Positions 10,401 through 22,156 of a stretch of DNA of 64,000 nt are shown piece after piece; the stretch's first letter is position 1; the number at the start of each line of letters is the position of its first letter. Location: contig CAVVUS010000048.1 in the NCBI GenBank assembly GCA_963751345.1, forward strand, positions 1 through 64,000, in the 5' to 3' direction. A program made the translations under genes and the position numbers. The notes beneath the pieces are model-generated. The model had not been told where the DNA came from and did not search any database. It saw only the letters and a program-made list of their open reading frames with translations. The stretch is from an uncultured Chloroflexia bacterium (GTDB lineage Bacteria > Chloroflexota > Anaerolineae > B4-G1 > SLSP01).

Positions 10401-13400
10401 CGGGGTGACGGTCACCGAAACCCTTGCGTATGAGCAGATCGCCACGACGGGAGCCGAGGGAAGGGCGCGGGTAGCATTCAACCTGCCGGATGGGTGGCGC
10501 CTATGTTCTGAGGGCGACCGGAGTCGATGCGTCCGGGAGACCTGTGAGTGTTGCGGCGCCGCTGTGGGTCGGTGGTGCGTCCTCGTCGGACGTCGCCTGG
10601 ACGCCGGACGTCACCACACTGACGCCGGCCTTGGATGCCGATGCCTACCGTGCCGGCGATGTTGCGAAGCTCATGATCCCGGCTGAGCTCGACGGACCGG
10701 CCCAGCTGCTGGTGACCGTGGAGCAGGATGGGGTGCTTTCCGTCGATCGCTACGCTCTTGATGAGTCAAACCCCATCATCGAGGTGCCGATCCTCCCGGA
10801 GTATGCTCCGAACGCCTACATCTCGTGCATCCTGGTGCGGCCCGCCACCGGATCGACTCCCGCTGCAGTACAGGTTGGCTTCGTTGATGTGCCGGTCGTG
10901 ATCGACGATCGGCTCCTTAGCGTCGACATCCGCAGCCAGGGGATGCCCGATGCAGAGGGCGGTGGCACAGATCTCGAGATCCATGTCACGGATGCCGAGG
11001 GTCTGCCCGTGGCAGCCGCCCTGGACGTCGTTGTGCGAGGTGCTGGCACCGATGCCTCGCCTATCCTCGGACGGGATCGGGCATTGATGGATGCCGTCTA
11101 TGGCGAACGCCCGCTGCGTGTTCTGACCGGCGACACGCTGCTTGCCGCGGCTGGGTTGAGAGGTCAGGGACCGGCAGACGCAGGGCAGGCCGGGTTGGCG
11201 TCCGCGGGGCTCACATCATCAGCCCCACCTGCTCTCTGGGATACGGGCGTCCGCACCGATGCAGACGGCATCGCTCATGTGGTCGTCGAGCTTCCACAGA
11301 GCACGCTTTCCTGGACCGCACGAGCGTGGGCGATGGCCTCCGATGGCAGGGTGGGGGAGTCGGTCGCATCCCTGGCGGTCTCCCGGCCGCTTCTTATCCG
11401 TCCTGCCGGCCCCGCTTTCGCTGTAGCGGGCGACCGTGTCGAGTTGGCGGCCCTTGTATACAACACCACCGGGCAGAGCATCTCGGCAGACATCGGGCTG
11501 CAACCCGTTGTCGGGCTACAGGTGCTTTCGACTTCGCAGATCACGCTTACGATTCCGGCGGGTAAACACAGGCGCGTCTCCTGGACGTGTCTCGTGGAGG
11601 ATTCGGCCGGCGATCTGCTCGACCCGAGCTTCACGGCCCGGAGTGGTGCCTTCGAGGTCGCGGCTCATCTCTCAGCGGCTGAGACCGGCACCATAGGGCT
11701 GCCGGTCTACCATCTGGAACACCATGATGCCGAGCGCATTTCCGGGACCGTTGGGGCGCAGGATACGTTCATCACCACCGTTACGATCCGGCCTGATGCT
11801 ACGCTCTCGACCACACTAACGATGGAGGCGCATCCGTCGCTAGCCTCATTGCTGGTCGATGTCCCGCCCGTGCTCTCCTCGGACGAGCTTCCGCGGACCA
11901 CGGATGGTTGGGTCAGCCGCCTGTTGCGGCTCTTGGTTGCATATGACACGCTGCAGGGCCGTGCACCGGATGATCCGGCGCTTGCCGGCTATCGCGAGGC
12001 CGTGGGCGCGACGCTGTTTGAGCTGTCCGATGCCCAGAAGGACGATGGGGGATGGGCATGGCGAAGCGGACCCAGCGAAGTGCAGTCCTCTGCATACACA
12101 GCCTACGGCCTACTGCGGGCGCGCGAAGCCGGCTTTGCTGTCAGCGATACCTGCGTCCTCGACGCACTGGCATTTCTCAACGACGCGGTCTCTGCCGACC
12201 TGGCCTCCGGCAAGGTAAGCCCGAGTCTGGCCTTGGGCCTCTTCGTGCTATCGACGGCGGGGGAGCCCTGGCCTCAAGGGACGGCGACGACGCTCTACAC
12301 AAGCCGTGACGCGCTGGGTATCGCCGGTCGCGCCTACCTCGCGATGGCGCTGGGTACCGTCGATCCCTCGGACACACGCCTGGCGACACTCCTGCAGGAG
12401 TTGCGCGTCGCAGCGAAGACGGTTGGCGATGGCGTCTATTGGGATGATCTGGATCAGGCGTCCGCCGTTACCAGCGTGCAATCGACGTCTGCAGCGTTGG
12501 CAGCCCTCATCCGCTTTGCACCTGGGGATGCCGACACGAGAGGACGGCCTCACGGAGGATGCGCTCATCCCCGGCGCAGTCTCTTGGCTGCTTGCGAACC
12601 GCGACGTGGATGGATGGGGCACGGACTACGAGACCGCCTGGGCGGTCTCCGCACTGGAGCTTTTCGCGGCTACCAGTCAAGCCACCACCTCTGGCTTGCT
12701 GATGTCTGAGGGCGCCGGGAGCGATTGGGGCGTCCTCGTCAATGGCGCGCAGGTCGCGTCCGGCGATGGTGATCTTCCCGGCCGAATAGGGGCGCAACGG
12801 GTGATACTGGGGGCTGCGCCAGGCGAGGATGCCGCCCTGCGCCAAGGGCTGAACGTCATAGGTATTTCCGGCGGTTCGGGGCCTGGGATGCTGTTGTACG
12901 CCGGTCGCCTGGACACGCGTGAGCCACTGGCCGAGGCAGCGGGCGAGGACAGGGGTATCGCCGTTGAGCGCCGCTACTGCCTGGTACAGGACGGCGTCTC
13001 CGGACTGCCCGACGGCTCGGGTACGGCGTCTGCTGCCGACGAGTGCGTGCCGGCCTCGGCGGTCCGTCAGGACCAACTGGTGGAGGTGCAGCTGGTGGTT
13101 ACCGTCCCTGAGTCGAGTTACTACGTGACGATCACTGATCCGCACCCGGCGGGATTCGTTCAGGTTCCACGGATTCCTGGTGGGTGCCTGGAACTCAGGG
13201 ACAGGTGACCTCGACGCTTGGTATGGAGCGCGTCAGACCGTCTATTACTTTGACGAGCTCCCTGCAGGAGTGGTGCGGATAGCCGGCACACTTCGGGCGT
13301 CGACCCCTGGTCAGTATTGGGCGCTCCCCGCGTTTGCACAGGAGAGCTACTTTCCGGAGGTCTGGGGTCGTAGCTCCGCACTCTCGGTGGTGGTGTTGCC

Positions 13401-13407
13401 CAAGTAG
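7427..13407 (+). CDS. Alpha-2-macroglobulin-family lipoprotein with N-terminal Ig-like repeats (about 5 frameshifts)
   Basis: Lipobox LLTG-C; four Ig-like repeats (FDRPVD, FNQPI, FTTPMD, FDGAMD); MG motif HTDRSAYSVGD; PAFAVAGD, QKDDGGWAW, DPHPAG, ALPAFAQESYFPEVWGRS; fragments 7403-8500, 8406-10331, 10204-10686, 10490-12709, 12306-13208, 13180-13407. Confidence 0.85.
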
Positions 13408-13511
13408 GGCGTTTGCCTGTTATGTGAATCGTCCTATGATTGCATCTTATTCATGTAGTCAAGGATCGTATAGGACGCCGCGACGAGGTCACAAGGACGA
13501 GGAGGCGGGAT

Positions 13512-14802
13512 TTGTCGACACAACCGCAATCTGGTGGAGAGGGTTTTCTCCCGCTGATGCCGAGATCGGTGGAAGAGACCGGAATCAACCTTGGTCTCCT
13601 GTCTGACCTGGCTCTCAAGTTCTTCCACTTTGAGAGCTATCTGACCGGACGCGATCTCGCCGTTCGCATGGGGTTACCCTTCGCGAACGTCGCCTCTGTG
13701 GTGCTGGAATTCCTGCGGCGCGAGAAGCTGTGCGAGGTCCGCGGAGCGACGGGGCGGGGAGGGTTTTCGGAGTCGACGTACGAGTATGTGCTGACCGATC
13801 GTGGTCGCGAGATGGCCCGGGACGCCCTCGATCGAGGGCAATACGTCGGCCCAACCCCGGTGCCGTTCCAGGAATACGCGAATGCCGTCCGTCAGCAGGG
13901 GTTGCGTGACGTCGTCGTACATCAGCGCCAACTCCGCAAGGCCGTCGCTCATCTTGTCTTCAACGAGAGGACGTTCGAGCAGATCGGCCCTGCGATCAAC
14001 TCCGGTCGCTCCATTTTCCTCTTCGGCCCTCCCGGCAACGGCAAGACCTCCATCGCTGAGGCGATTGGCAGTCTGCTGATGGAAGGCGATGTCTACATCC
14101 CGTATGCTACGGAGATCGAGGGGCACATCATCAAGATGTTCGACGACGTCAGCCACGTGGTCGTCGAGGAGACCCAGCCGCACCGCGTGGACGCGCGCTG
14201 GGTCAAGATACGGCGCCCCTTCGTTGTGGTAGGTGGCGAGCTCACTCTTGAAGGGCTCGACCTGGTCTACAACTCCGACTACAAGTACTACGAAGCCCCT
14301 GTCCAAGTCAAGGCGAACTGCGGCATCTTTCTCATTGACGACTTCGGACGGCAGACCGTGCGCCCTACCGATCTTCTGAACCGCTGGATCGTTCCGCTGG
14401 AGAAGCGGATCGACTTTCATGACGCTTCACACGGGGCGCAAGTTCGAGGTGCCGTTCGAGTTGTTGATCGTCTTCTCGACGAACCTTGAGCCACGCGACT
14501 TGGTGGATGAGGCCTTCCTGCGCAGAATTCGCCACAAGATCGAGGTGTGCGATCCGAATTGGGAGGAGTACGCCGAGATCTTCAAGCGGGTGGCGGAGAC
14601 CAAGCAGGTGCCGTTCTCCGAGGCTGCGCTGGCGTATCTGATTCGTGAGCACTACATTAAGCCCAAGCGACCGCCGCGAGCCTGTCATGCCCGCGATTTG
14701 CTGGACCAGATTCTGGATATCGCGACCTACCTAAGCGTGCCGCCCACGCTCAGCAAGGAGCTGATCGACCGCGCGGCATTGTCCTACTTCGTGGACTTCT
14801 AA
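13512..14802 (+). CDS. AAA+ family ATPase with N-terminal winged-helix-like region (frameshift near 14419)
   Basis: TTG after GGAGG; Walker A GPPGNGKT, Walker B FLIDDFGR, sensor FSTN, arginine finger DEAFLRRI. Confidence 0.85.
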
Positions 14803-14803
14803 G

Positions 14804-15595
14804 ATGAACACATTCCCTGCATCTTGGTGGCGTTCCGACCGACCGCTCGTCTTCGGACACCGTGGGGCGAGCAAGGTAGCGCCGGAGAACACATTTGCGG
14901 CATTTACTGCTGCGGCTGGGGCCGGCGCGGATGGCATCGAACTCGACGTTCATCTGAGCGCAGACGGCATGCTCGTGGTCAGTCACAACGCGCGCGTTGA
15001 CAAGACGACTGACGGCACCGGATACATCAACGATCTGACCCTGGCCGAGCTTCAGCGGCTCGACGCCGGCAGTTACTTCGGTCCGGAGTTCGCCGGCGAG
15101 CGCCTGCCGATCCTGGAGGAAGTGCTCGACACCTTCTGCGGCAAGCTACTTGTCAACATCGAGCTGAAGCCGCAGGTGCGTCCGGGTCCTGATCTGGCCG
15201 AGGCAGTCTCCGTGGTACTCGCGCGGCTGCAAGTCGAGGATCGGGTGTGGGTGTCGTCGTTCAAACCTTACTATCTTCACAGGATGCGCCAGGTCGCGCC
15301 GTCGATTCCGTGCGGATTGCTGTTCAGCCCACTAAACATTGGGACCTTGTGGCTGGTTCCCGTCACGCCCTTCGAGGCGGTCCATCCACAATTCAGCATG
15401 GTGAGCTGGTGGTCTGTCAGGCTAATGCACGCCCTTCGCCGAAAAGTGATCACGTGGACGGTTGACGACATCGACCGGGCACGCAGGCTCGCAAAGGCGG
15501 GCGTGGACGGGATCATCTCGGACGATCCGGGAGCAGTGCTGGAAGCCGTCCGCGGGGCTACCGGTGACGCCGTAGACGGCCCCGAGAACGTCTAG
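14804..15595 (+). CDS. Glycerophosphodiester phosphodiesterase (GlpQ/UgpQ family)
   Basis: GHRGAS..PENT, GIELDV, NIELK, WTVDD, GVDGIISD. Confidence 0.93.
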   Translation: MNTFPASWWRSDRPLVFGHRGASKVAPENTFAAFTAAAGAGADGIELDVHLSADGMLVVSHNARVDKTTDGTGYINDLTLAELQRLDAGSYFGPEFAGERLPILEEVLDTFCGKLLVNIELKPQVRPGPDLAEAVSVVLARLQVEDRVWVSSFKPYYLHRMRQVAPSIPCGLLFSPLNIGTLWLVPVTPFEAVHPQFSMVSWWSVRLMHALRRKVITWTVDDIDRARRLAKAGVDGIISDDPGAVLEAVRGATGDAVDGPENV

Positions 15596-16083
15596 GGCAT
15601 TCCGGCGCTTGCGAAGCGATAGTGGTTGGCGGCTGCCAATTCGTCATCGGTGATGAGGCCTTGGAGCCACGCGACGAGCGACTCGCCTGAGATCTCCGCG
15701 GTGTACTGCTGTGGCACCGGCAGGGTGGGGTAGTCGACCATCAGAGTTACTCGCTCTGGCGTCCCACAGCGTTGCTCGAACTCGGGAGACAGGCTATCCA
15801 GAATTGTCCAAAGAATCTGCGGGCTGACCTGTGACGCGTCAGGCGGTTGGGCAACGGCCACCTGCACGAGGAGGTTGTCTCCCACGGTGGAAACGCGAGC
15901 GCTGCCCTTTGTCCACGACAGGCTGTCGAGTAGGTAGACGACGCACGGCGATGAGGTGGGTACTGGTGCGGGATCCGGCAGAGCCCGCCCGGACTGTGTC
16001 ACGACGACGATCGCCATCAGCCCGATGACGAGAACGTCGGCGACGGCAAGGATCGCCAGGATCAGCTTCTGCCTTCGATTCAT
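15592..16083 (-). CDS. Hypothetical membrane-anchored protein
   Basis: Basic N-terminus plus one hydrophobic helix; fills the gap between flanking genes. Confidence 0.7.
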   Translation of the reverse strand: MNRRQKLILAILAVADVLVIGLMAIVVVTQSGRALPDPAPVPTSSPCVVYLLDSLSWTKGSARVSTVGDNLLVQVAVAQPPDASQVSPQILWTILDSLSPEFEQRCGTPERVTLMVDYPTLPVPQQYTAEISGESLVAWLQGLITDDELAAANHYRFASAGMP

Positions 16084-16113
16084 CCTGCCGAGTATAGCAC
16101 AGACTCAGGAGAC

Positions 16114-17055
16114 ATGAACAGAACTCGATCGGGGTCCTCTGGCTACGCAGCAGGCATCCTGGCGTCGTTCTTGCTGGGTTGGGCGCCTATCCTGGGTAAG
16201 TTTGCTTACCAGGCTGCGGTCGACCCGATGACGCTGGCCTGCTTGCGCACGCTCGGTGCAGCGGGATTCCTGTGGGTCGTCTATCTCATCTTCTGGCGCC
16301 GCCGAATTGTGATCGGATGGCGACCTCTTGCGAGCTGCCTCTTGGTTGGGACCGTGAATGGCTGCGGTTCGCTCTTCTACTACACGGGCCTGGCCCGGTT
16401 GGATGCCTCTCGCGCGGCGCTGCTCGGCGCCACGTATCCGCTGTGGGTGGTGATCTTCCTCAGTGCCTCGGGACAAATGATGCGGGTGGCCACCCTCTTT
16501 CAGCTCTTCGCCTCGATGATAGGCGCTGTTCTCGTCACCTCGCCGTGGGGCGTCGGACGGCCCACGGATATGCTCGGTGTGATGCTGATGGCCGCATCGG
16601 CCGCGGTGAACGGCTGGTATCTTGTCATGGGGCAGTGGGTGCTTGCCGATGTGCCATCGAGGTCGGGCACACTCTATATCATGACGGGGATGGCGCTGAC
16701 GGTGTTGGTCGCCCGGTTTCTCGGCGGCAGTCTCGAGCCTGGACGTATCTCGGTCCTCGGGTGGCAGGCTATCGCCGCCCTAGCTCTGACGACGGCGTTT
16801 TCCAGGATGGCAATGTTCTTTAGCCTCGAAAAACTTGGCGGCGTTCAGACGGCGCTTCTCAGCCTCGCCGAGCTGGCCATCAGCCTCGCGCTTGCCTTCG
16901 TCTTCCTTGGAGATCGGCTGCAATGGCACCAATGGGTGGGCGCCTTGTTGTTGCTTGGTGGCGGTTTCGTGGCGCGCTTCCAGGGAGCATCCGAGCGTCC
17001 CCTTGCCGCGGCGTTTGAGGGCTACGGTGATAGCTCTCCGGGCGTGGGTGGGTAA
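16114..17055 (+). CDS. DMT/EamA family transporter
   Basis: About 10 TM helices in two EamA repeats; RBS AGGAG. Confidence 0.88.
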   Translation: MNRTRSGSSGYAAGILASFLLGWAPILGKFAYQAAVDPMTLACLRTLGAAGFLWVVYLIFWRRRIVIGWRPLASCLLVGTVNGCGSLFYYTGLARLDASRAALLGATYPLWVVIFLSASGQMMRVATLFQLFASMIGAVLVTSPWGVGRPTDMLGVMLMAASAAVNGWYLVMGQWVLADVPSRSGTLYIMTGMALTVLVARFLGGSLEPGRISVLGWQAIAALALTTAFSRMAMFFSLEKLGGVQTALLSLAELAISLALAFVFLGDRLQWHQWVGALLLLGGGFVARFQGASERPLAAAFEGYGDSSPGVGG

Positions 17056-20000
17056 CGCTCTCTGAAATCGGCGGTGCAGTTGTCCGTATCTGCGTGGGCC
17101 GGATATCGCTCCAGCGAGGCACCCGCCACCAGCACGCCGGGGTGGGGCACGACATCTCCGAACGTGGCGTCACCCCACACCACAACATCCACGGCGGCAT
17201 CGTCGGGCCCCAACAGCAAGACCTGGTCGCCAAGGTTGCGCAGTCCCAGCGGGTAGTTCAGGCTGCCCCAAGCGGGGTAGGGGACCATATCCGGCACGGC
17301 TGCGTTGCTGTCGTAGAACTCGAGGTTGGCAGAGGGCACCTGAGCGGCGTTCACGGCGATCACCAACACCGTCTCGGGAGCCAACGTTGTGCCTTGAGGG
17401 AATGTGAACATCGGCTCGAAGCTTCCGGGCAGTCTCGGCGTCTCCCAGCTTGTACCCATCGAGATCGATGGCCGCCGCCGTCGGGTTGTACAGCTCAATC
17501 CACTCGGTGGCGGCGATGCCTGTATAGGCGACCTCACTGATCACCACATAGGCCACAGGTGGTGGTGGAGCAGCATAGCCCCGCGAAATCAGCGGCAGGT
17601 AGAGCGGGTTGGACCTCCACCAGTCGAACCGGAACAGGCCGGCGAGATAGTCGTAGACGGCGTCTGATCCTACCTGGAGCGCTATCTCGCGGTTGACCTT
17701 GCTGGAAGCCTCGCTCCCGTTGATTGATCCCACGTGCGATGTCCGCCCCTCGCTTCCCAGGTCGACTAGAACCATCTTGTTGTGGATGCCCTGGCCGGTG
17801 GGATTGCCGACACCGGCTCGCAAGTCCAGGTGCTCCTTTCGAGCGATATCATTGATGTATCGCGCCGTGAGCAGGCTCTCTTCCGGGACGTCCGGGCCGT
17901 TCTCCACGAAGCTCTGTCCATTCAGCAGGATCCGTACCTGGGCCCCGCGGCGGGCCGCATCGACGTAGGCCTGCAGTCTCAGGTTGGGATCGGCCACTGG
18001 GTCCTCTCCCCAGGCCTGATACTCATAGAGCTGCTCCACATAGATTCGGTCGCCCTCGCCGGCTCGCGCGACCAGACCCAGCAGCGCATCCGAGCGCCGC
18101 AGGGCCGCTTCGGGAGCCGTGAAGAGCTCGAGGCCCAGCGGCCCCGTAATCACCAGCGGCTGAGGAAATGCGACGGTGTAACTGATGCCGTCGATGGGTG
18201 CCAGATCCACGAGTTCCAGCGCCGGAGACCCATACCGTTCGGGATACAAAGTGTTCCACCGCACCAGATCGGCGTGTGCAGCCGGGTCGCAGTCCAGTGC
18301 GAAGATGAGTGCGGCGCGTCTGACGACCGAGGGCGCGTCTGTGGCGATCACGGTGCCGCGCGAGCCTGCCGTGCCATTCGCCTTATCATCGCCGGGAAGG
18401 CCATCTTGGGTCAGGTTCTGTGAGCCAATCAGCACCCAAGCATCATCCACGACGATCATCTTGGCGTGGAGGTATTGGTACCGGTTGTATCGCCGATCCG
18501 CAGTCTCATGTACCATGAACCAGCACGTGCCTCCTGCTTCCTCGATCGCCTGGCACGCGTAGAGCTGCGTCTGCCACTCCGGCGTGTCGACCCCCACACC
18601 AACCGGGTCCCCCTCCAGGAGGACCGTCACGTCAACGCCTGCTTGGGCTTTGGCGACCAGCAAGTTCAGCAGGTCCGGATGGCGAAGGCTGTAGACCTCC
18701 ACGGAAATCGCGCGCCGCGCCGACTGGAGGGTCGCCGATATGACGTCGAAGGCGTTGTCGGGCGCAATGCCGACGATGACCCGGGCTGGTTCTGTGGTCG
18801 TCAACGGGAAAGATAGAGGCGCCAGGTCCCAGCCGGGGTAGCGCACCCGGCGGCCCGTCACGGGGTCGTCCGGCGACTGCAGCCAGTCCGAGGAGGTGTC
18901 GGTGTCCGGCACAGGGAGGCCGGTCACCTCGTCGCATTTTCGGGATAGGATCTGCCCGGCTGTGCCCATGAGATGGTTGGCGTAGGGCAACACAGGGGGG
19001 CCGGTCCATCCGGGCGTGCCGGTCACGCGATCGCCGTAGACGAGGGTGTCCACTGTAGAAGGCCGTGGGGGAGCGCAGGATCACTTCGTCGCCGGTGTTG
19101 GCGAACCGCGGCCAACTGGCCGCCACGTAGTCGGGGGGAAAGCCGAACGAGAGCGCGAAAGCAGCCCCGTCCTTCGCCACCCAGACGCGTGCACCGGGAG
19201 CGACGACCATAGCAGGCAGCGGCCAACACGCGATGCCATCCCCTGGATCCTTGCACAGGCTCCAGCCGTCCAGGTATCCCGTCGTTGTCCCGGTATTGAC
19301 GAGCTCGACGGCTTCGTCCTCATCGTTGAGCTGGTAGCCGTCGTAGAGAACGGCGGAGATCAGGATAGGCGCTGCGTCCGGCTCGATCGTCCAGGTGTCC
19401 TCGTTGTCACTGAGGTCGATCTCGTCAGCGGTTGTCGAAACCACGACCGTGTTGGTGAGCGATCCCGCTGTTGACCCTGCGGCGCTTCCGGTATCTTCTA
19501 GGCGAACGACGAGGGTTACGAGTCCCGTAGCGCCCGGTGCCAGGTCGCCCAGCTGCCACGTCAGTCCGGTGGAAAGCTGACTGAAGGCCGGCTGCCCGCC
19601 CGTTGGGAGTTGGCCCGCCTGGTCTACGAATGCTAGCCCGTCGGCCAGCGGATCGGTGACGATGGCCTCCGTTGCCGTGTATGTACCGGTGTTCGTCACC
19701 GAGATGGCGAAGGTTATCGGTGTGTCGGTGCTGAAGTGGGTCGGTCCGCGTTTCTCGACCTTGAGATCGGCGTAGGCGGCGAAGCGGGCCAGATAGGCCG
19801 CATTCGCCGATCGCGGCGTCCCCTGGATAGCGCCACCGGCGTTATCCAGCCCGTTGATCACGCTCCCGTCGTTGCTCGCCCAATTGCCATCGGTGTCGTC
19901 TGCCAGCGGATCGATACGTTCCAGGGACCGGTAGGCCGGGGCTGCGCCTTCGTCGGCATTGGGCCACGGCCCGCCGTCCTGGTTTGCGCTGTCCACTGCA

Positions 20001-20408
20001 ATGCCCGAGGCGTCGAGAAGTTGGAGTGTCTCTCCGGCGTTGGAGAGTCCCGTGCCGAAGGGGGAGAGAAGATCTCCGTCGATGTCGCTAATCGTGCTGT
20101 CGTCGGTGCGTTCGATGAGGTAGTAGTCGAGAGGCCCGATCGTGCCGGACAGGGCCACGTCGGGCTGGCCATCCGCTGCGCGCAGGCGCCAACCGGCCAG
20201 GTCGACGCTAGTGTTGGCGGTGTTGTAGAGCTCGATCCATTCGTCGGCCGCGCTGGCGGCAGTGCCGCCCCATCCGATCTCGTTGATGATGACCGTACGG
20301 TCTGATGGGGTTGCCCGCGAACTGTGCAGAGCCATAGGCGGTCCAGGGAAGGACCGAGAGCAGGCCCGCGAGCCAAGCTGTGATCAGCGAGACGTAACGC
20401 CCACGCAT
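17022..20408 (-). CDS. Secreted lamin-tail-domain / DUF11 / phospholipase D protein (frameshifts)
   Basis: Signal peptide MRGRYVSLITAW..; LTD motifs IINEIGW..EWIELYN, ISAVLYD..EAVELVN, ISEVAY..EWIELYN; DUF11 ADLKVEK..DNED; two HKD motifs HAKMIVVD and HNKMVLVD. Confidence 0.85.
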
Positions 20409-20551
20409 CCGGCACCACCCCCTGGAGCTGACAACAGAAGGTCTGGATGTGCCCGCATTATAGCACCGAGCCCCTGCGAATACAGCAGTGATTGCCGTTC
20501 GATCGAACTCCGTTATAATGGATTCGGTCATGGATAGCTACGAGGTGTGGC

Positions 20552-22027
20552 ATGGATTCCGAACTGAAGGTCCTGTTTGTAGCTGCTGAAGCCGCTCCAT
20601 TTGCACAGGTCGGGGGCTTAGCCGAGTTTGCCGGTGCGCTACCCAAGGCACTGCGCGCGCTGGGCGTGGATGCGCGTATCGTGATACCTCGGTATGGCGA
20701 TCGCCAAAGCCCTGCAGGCAGCAAGCCCCGCCGGGTGGGCGGGACGATTCCCGTTCCCGTCGGATCGAGCACCGAGCCCGCGCAGCTTCTCGCTACGGAG
20801 CAGGACGGTGTGCCGGTCTACCTTATCTACAACGATCAACACTTTGGCAATCGTGAGCGGGTCTACGGTTTCAACGATGATCCGCAGCGATTCGTCTTCT
20901 TCTCACGTGCGGTGCTGGCGGCGCTAAAGTCATTGGACTGGCTGCCGGACGTCATCCACGCAACCGATTGGCATACCGCACCGATTCCGGCGTGGCTGGA
21001 TGTCTACGGCAGGACCCTCGCCCCCTATTCAGACATCGCCTCTCTCTTCACGGTACGTAACTTCACCTATCAGGGCCTCTGCGGTCGTCTCTTGCTTAGC
21101 TTCGCCCAGATGGCGGACCTGCCTCACCTGCCGGTGGAACCCCCGGGCAAGGTCAACTGGCTCGCGCAGGGCATCGCACACGCGGACATCATCAGCACGG
21201 TGAGCCCGACCCACGCTCAGGAGATGTTGGGAACTGACTTGGGGGGAGATCTCCAGCCGCTCCTCGAGAGCCGCAAGGATCGCCTCTTCGGTATACTCAG
21301 TGGTATTGATACACAGCGCTGGGACCCTTCGGCCGACGAGATGCTGCCCCAGACCTTTGATCAGGCTACGCTGAATATGCGCTCGGTCAACAAGACGGCG
21401 CTGCAGCGTGAGCTGCGTCTGGCTACGGACCTTGACGTTCCTTTGGTCGGCGTCGTAGCACGGCTCGACCCGCAGAAGGGACTGGATCTGCTCTTTGGAG
21501 CGGTGGAGCATCTCCTGCAGTCCCGCGATCTGCGCTTCGTTCTGTTGGGGATGGGGCAGGAGGATCTTGCCGAGCAGTCGCAGGCACTCCAGGCACGCTA
21601 CCCGCGGAGTGTGCGGGCGCTGATCCGGTTTGATGAGCGAATGGCCCGCCGCATCTACGGCGGCGTCGATCTCTTTGTGATGCCCAGCCGGTACGAGGCG
21701 GGCAGCGTCGGCGTTATGACCGCAATGCATTACGGTGCCGTGCCCCTGGTGCGTGCAGTTGGGGGTCTGGCCGACATGGTCGTGGACGACGATGCTCAGC
21801 CTGAGCACGGCAACGGCTTCAGTTTCGCCGAATTCAGTGGGGCGGCGGTGCTGGACGCCCTCACCCGTGCGCTGGCGGCATATGATGATGAGGCCCGCTG
21901 GGTTGGGCTGCAGCGCAGGGCTATGTCTCGGGACTTCTCGTGGCGCAGTTCGGCGCAAGCCTATCTCGATCTCTACGCCCGAGCACGTGCGCTCAGGGCG
22001 GAGCGCCCAACTCCTCGGCGGGTGTGA
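20552..22027 (+). CDS. glgA: Glycogen synthase-like GT5 glycosyltransferase (divergent)
   Basis: KVLFVAAEAAPF.xGGL, DWHT, RLDPQKG, MPSRYE, VGGLAD, DFSW; several canonical residues are changed. Confidence 0.8.
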   Translation: MDSELKVLFVAAEAAPFAQVGGLAEFAGALPKALRALGVDARIVIPRYGDRQSPAGSKPRRVGGTIPVPVGSSTEPAQLLATEQDGVPVYLIYNDQHFGNRERVYGFNDDPQRFVFFSRAVLAALKSLDWLPDVIHATDWHTAPIPAWLDVYGRTLAPYSDIASLFTVRNFTYQGLCGRLLLSFAQMADLPHLPVEPPGKVNWLAQGIAHADIISTVSPTHAQEMLGTDLGGDLQPLLESRKDRLFGILSGIDTQRWDPSADEMLPQTFDQATLNMRSVNKTALQRELRLATDLDVPLVGVVARLDPQKGLDLLFGAVEHLLQSRDLRFVLLGMGQEDLAEQSQALQARYPRSVRALIRFDERMARRIYGGVDLFVMPSRYEAGSVGVMTAMHYGAVPLVRAVGGLADMVVDDDAQPEHGNGFSFAEFSGAAVLDALTRALAAYDDEARWVGLQRRAMSRDFSWRSSAQAYLDLYARARALRAERPTPRRV

Positions 22028-22156
22028 TCTGGCTGATGCCGTGACGCGACTGTCACGCATGAGCCGGCGCCTATAGGAAGACTCTCGGCGCAGCATTGCA
22101 TCTAGCTGCGCTTTTCTTTGTCTCGCAAGTGCACAGGAAGGTTGCCTGGGACCCAG

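Noticed and set aside
2640-14420. Programmed ribosomal frameshifting in the kinase, A2M and ATPase genes
   Set aside because: Too many shifts, in unrelated genes, without consistent slippery sites; sequencing error is simpler
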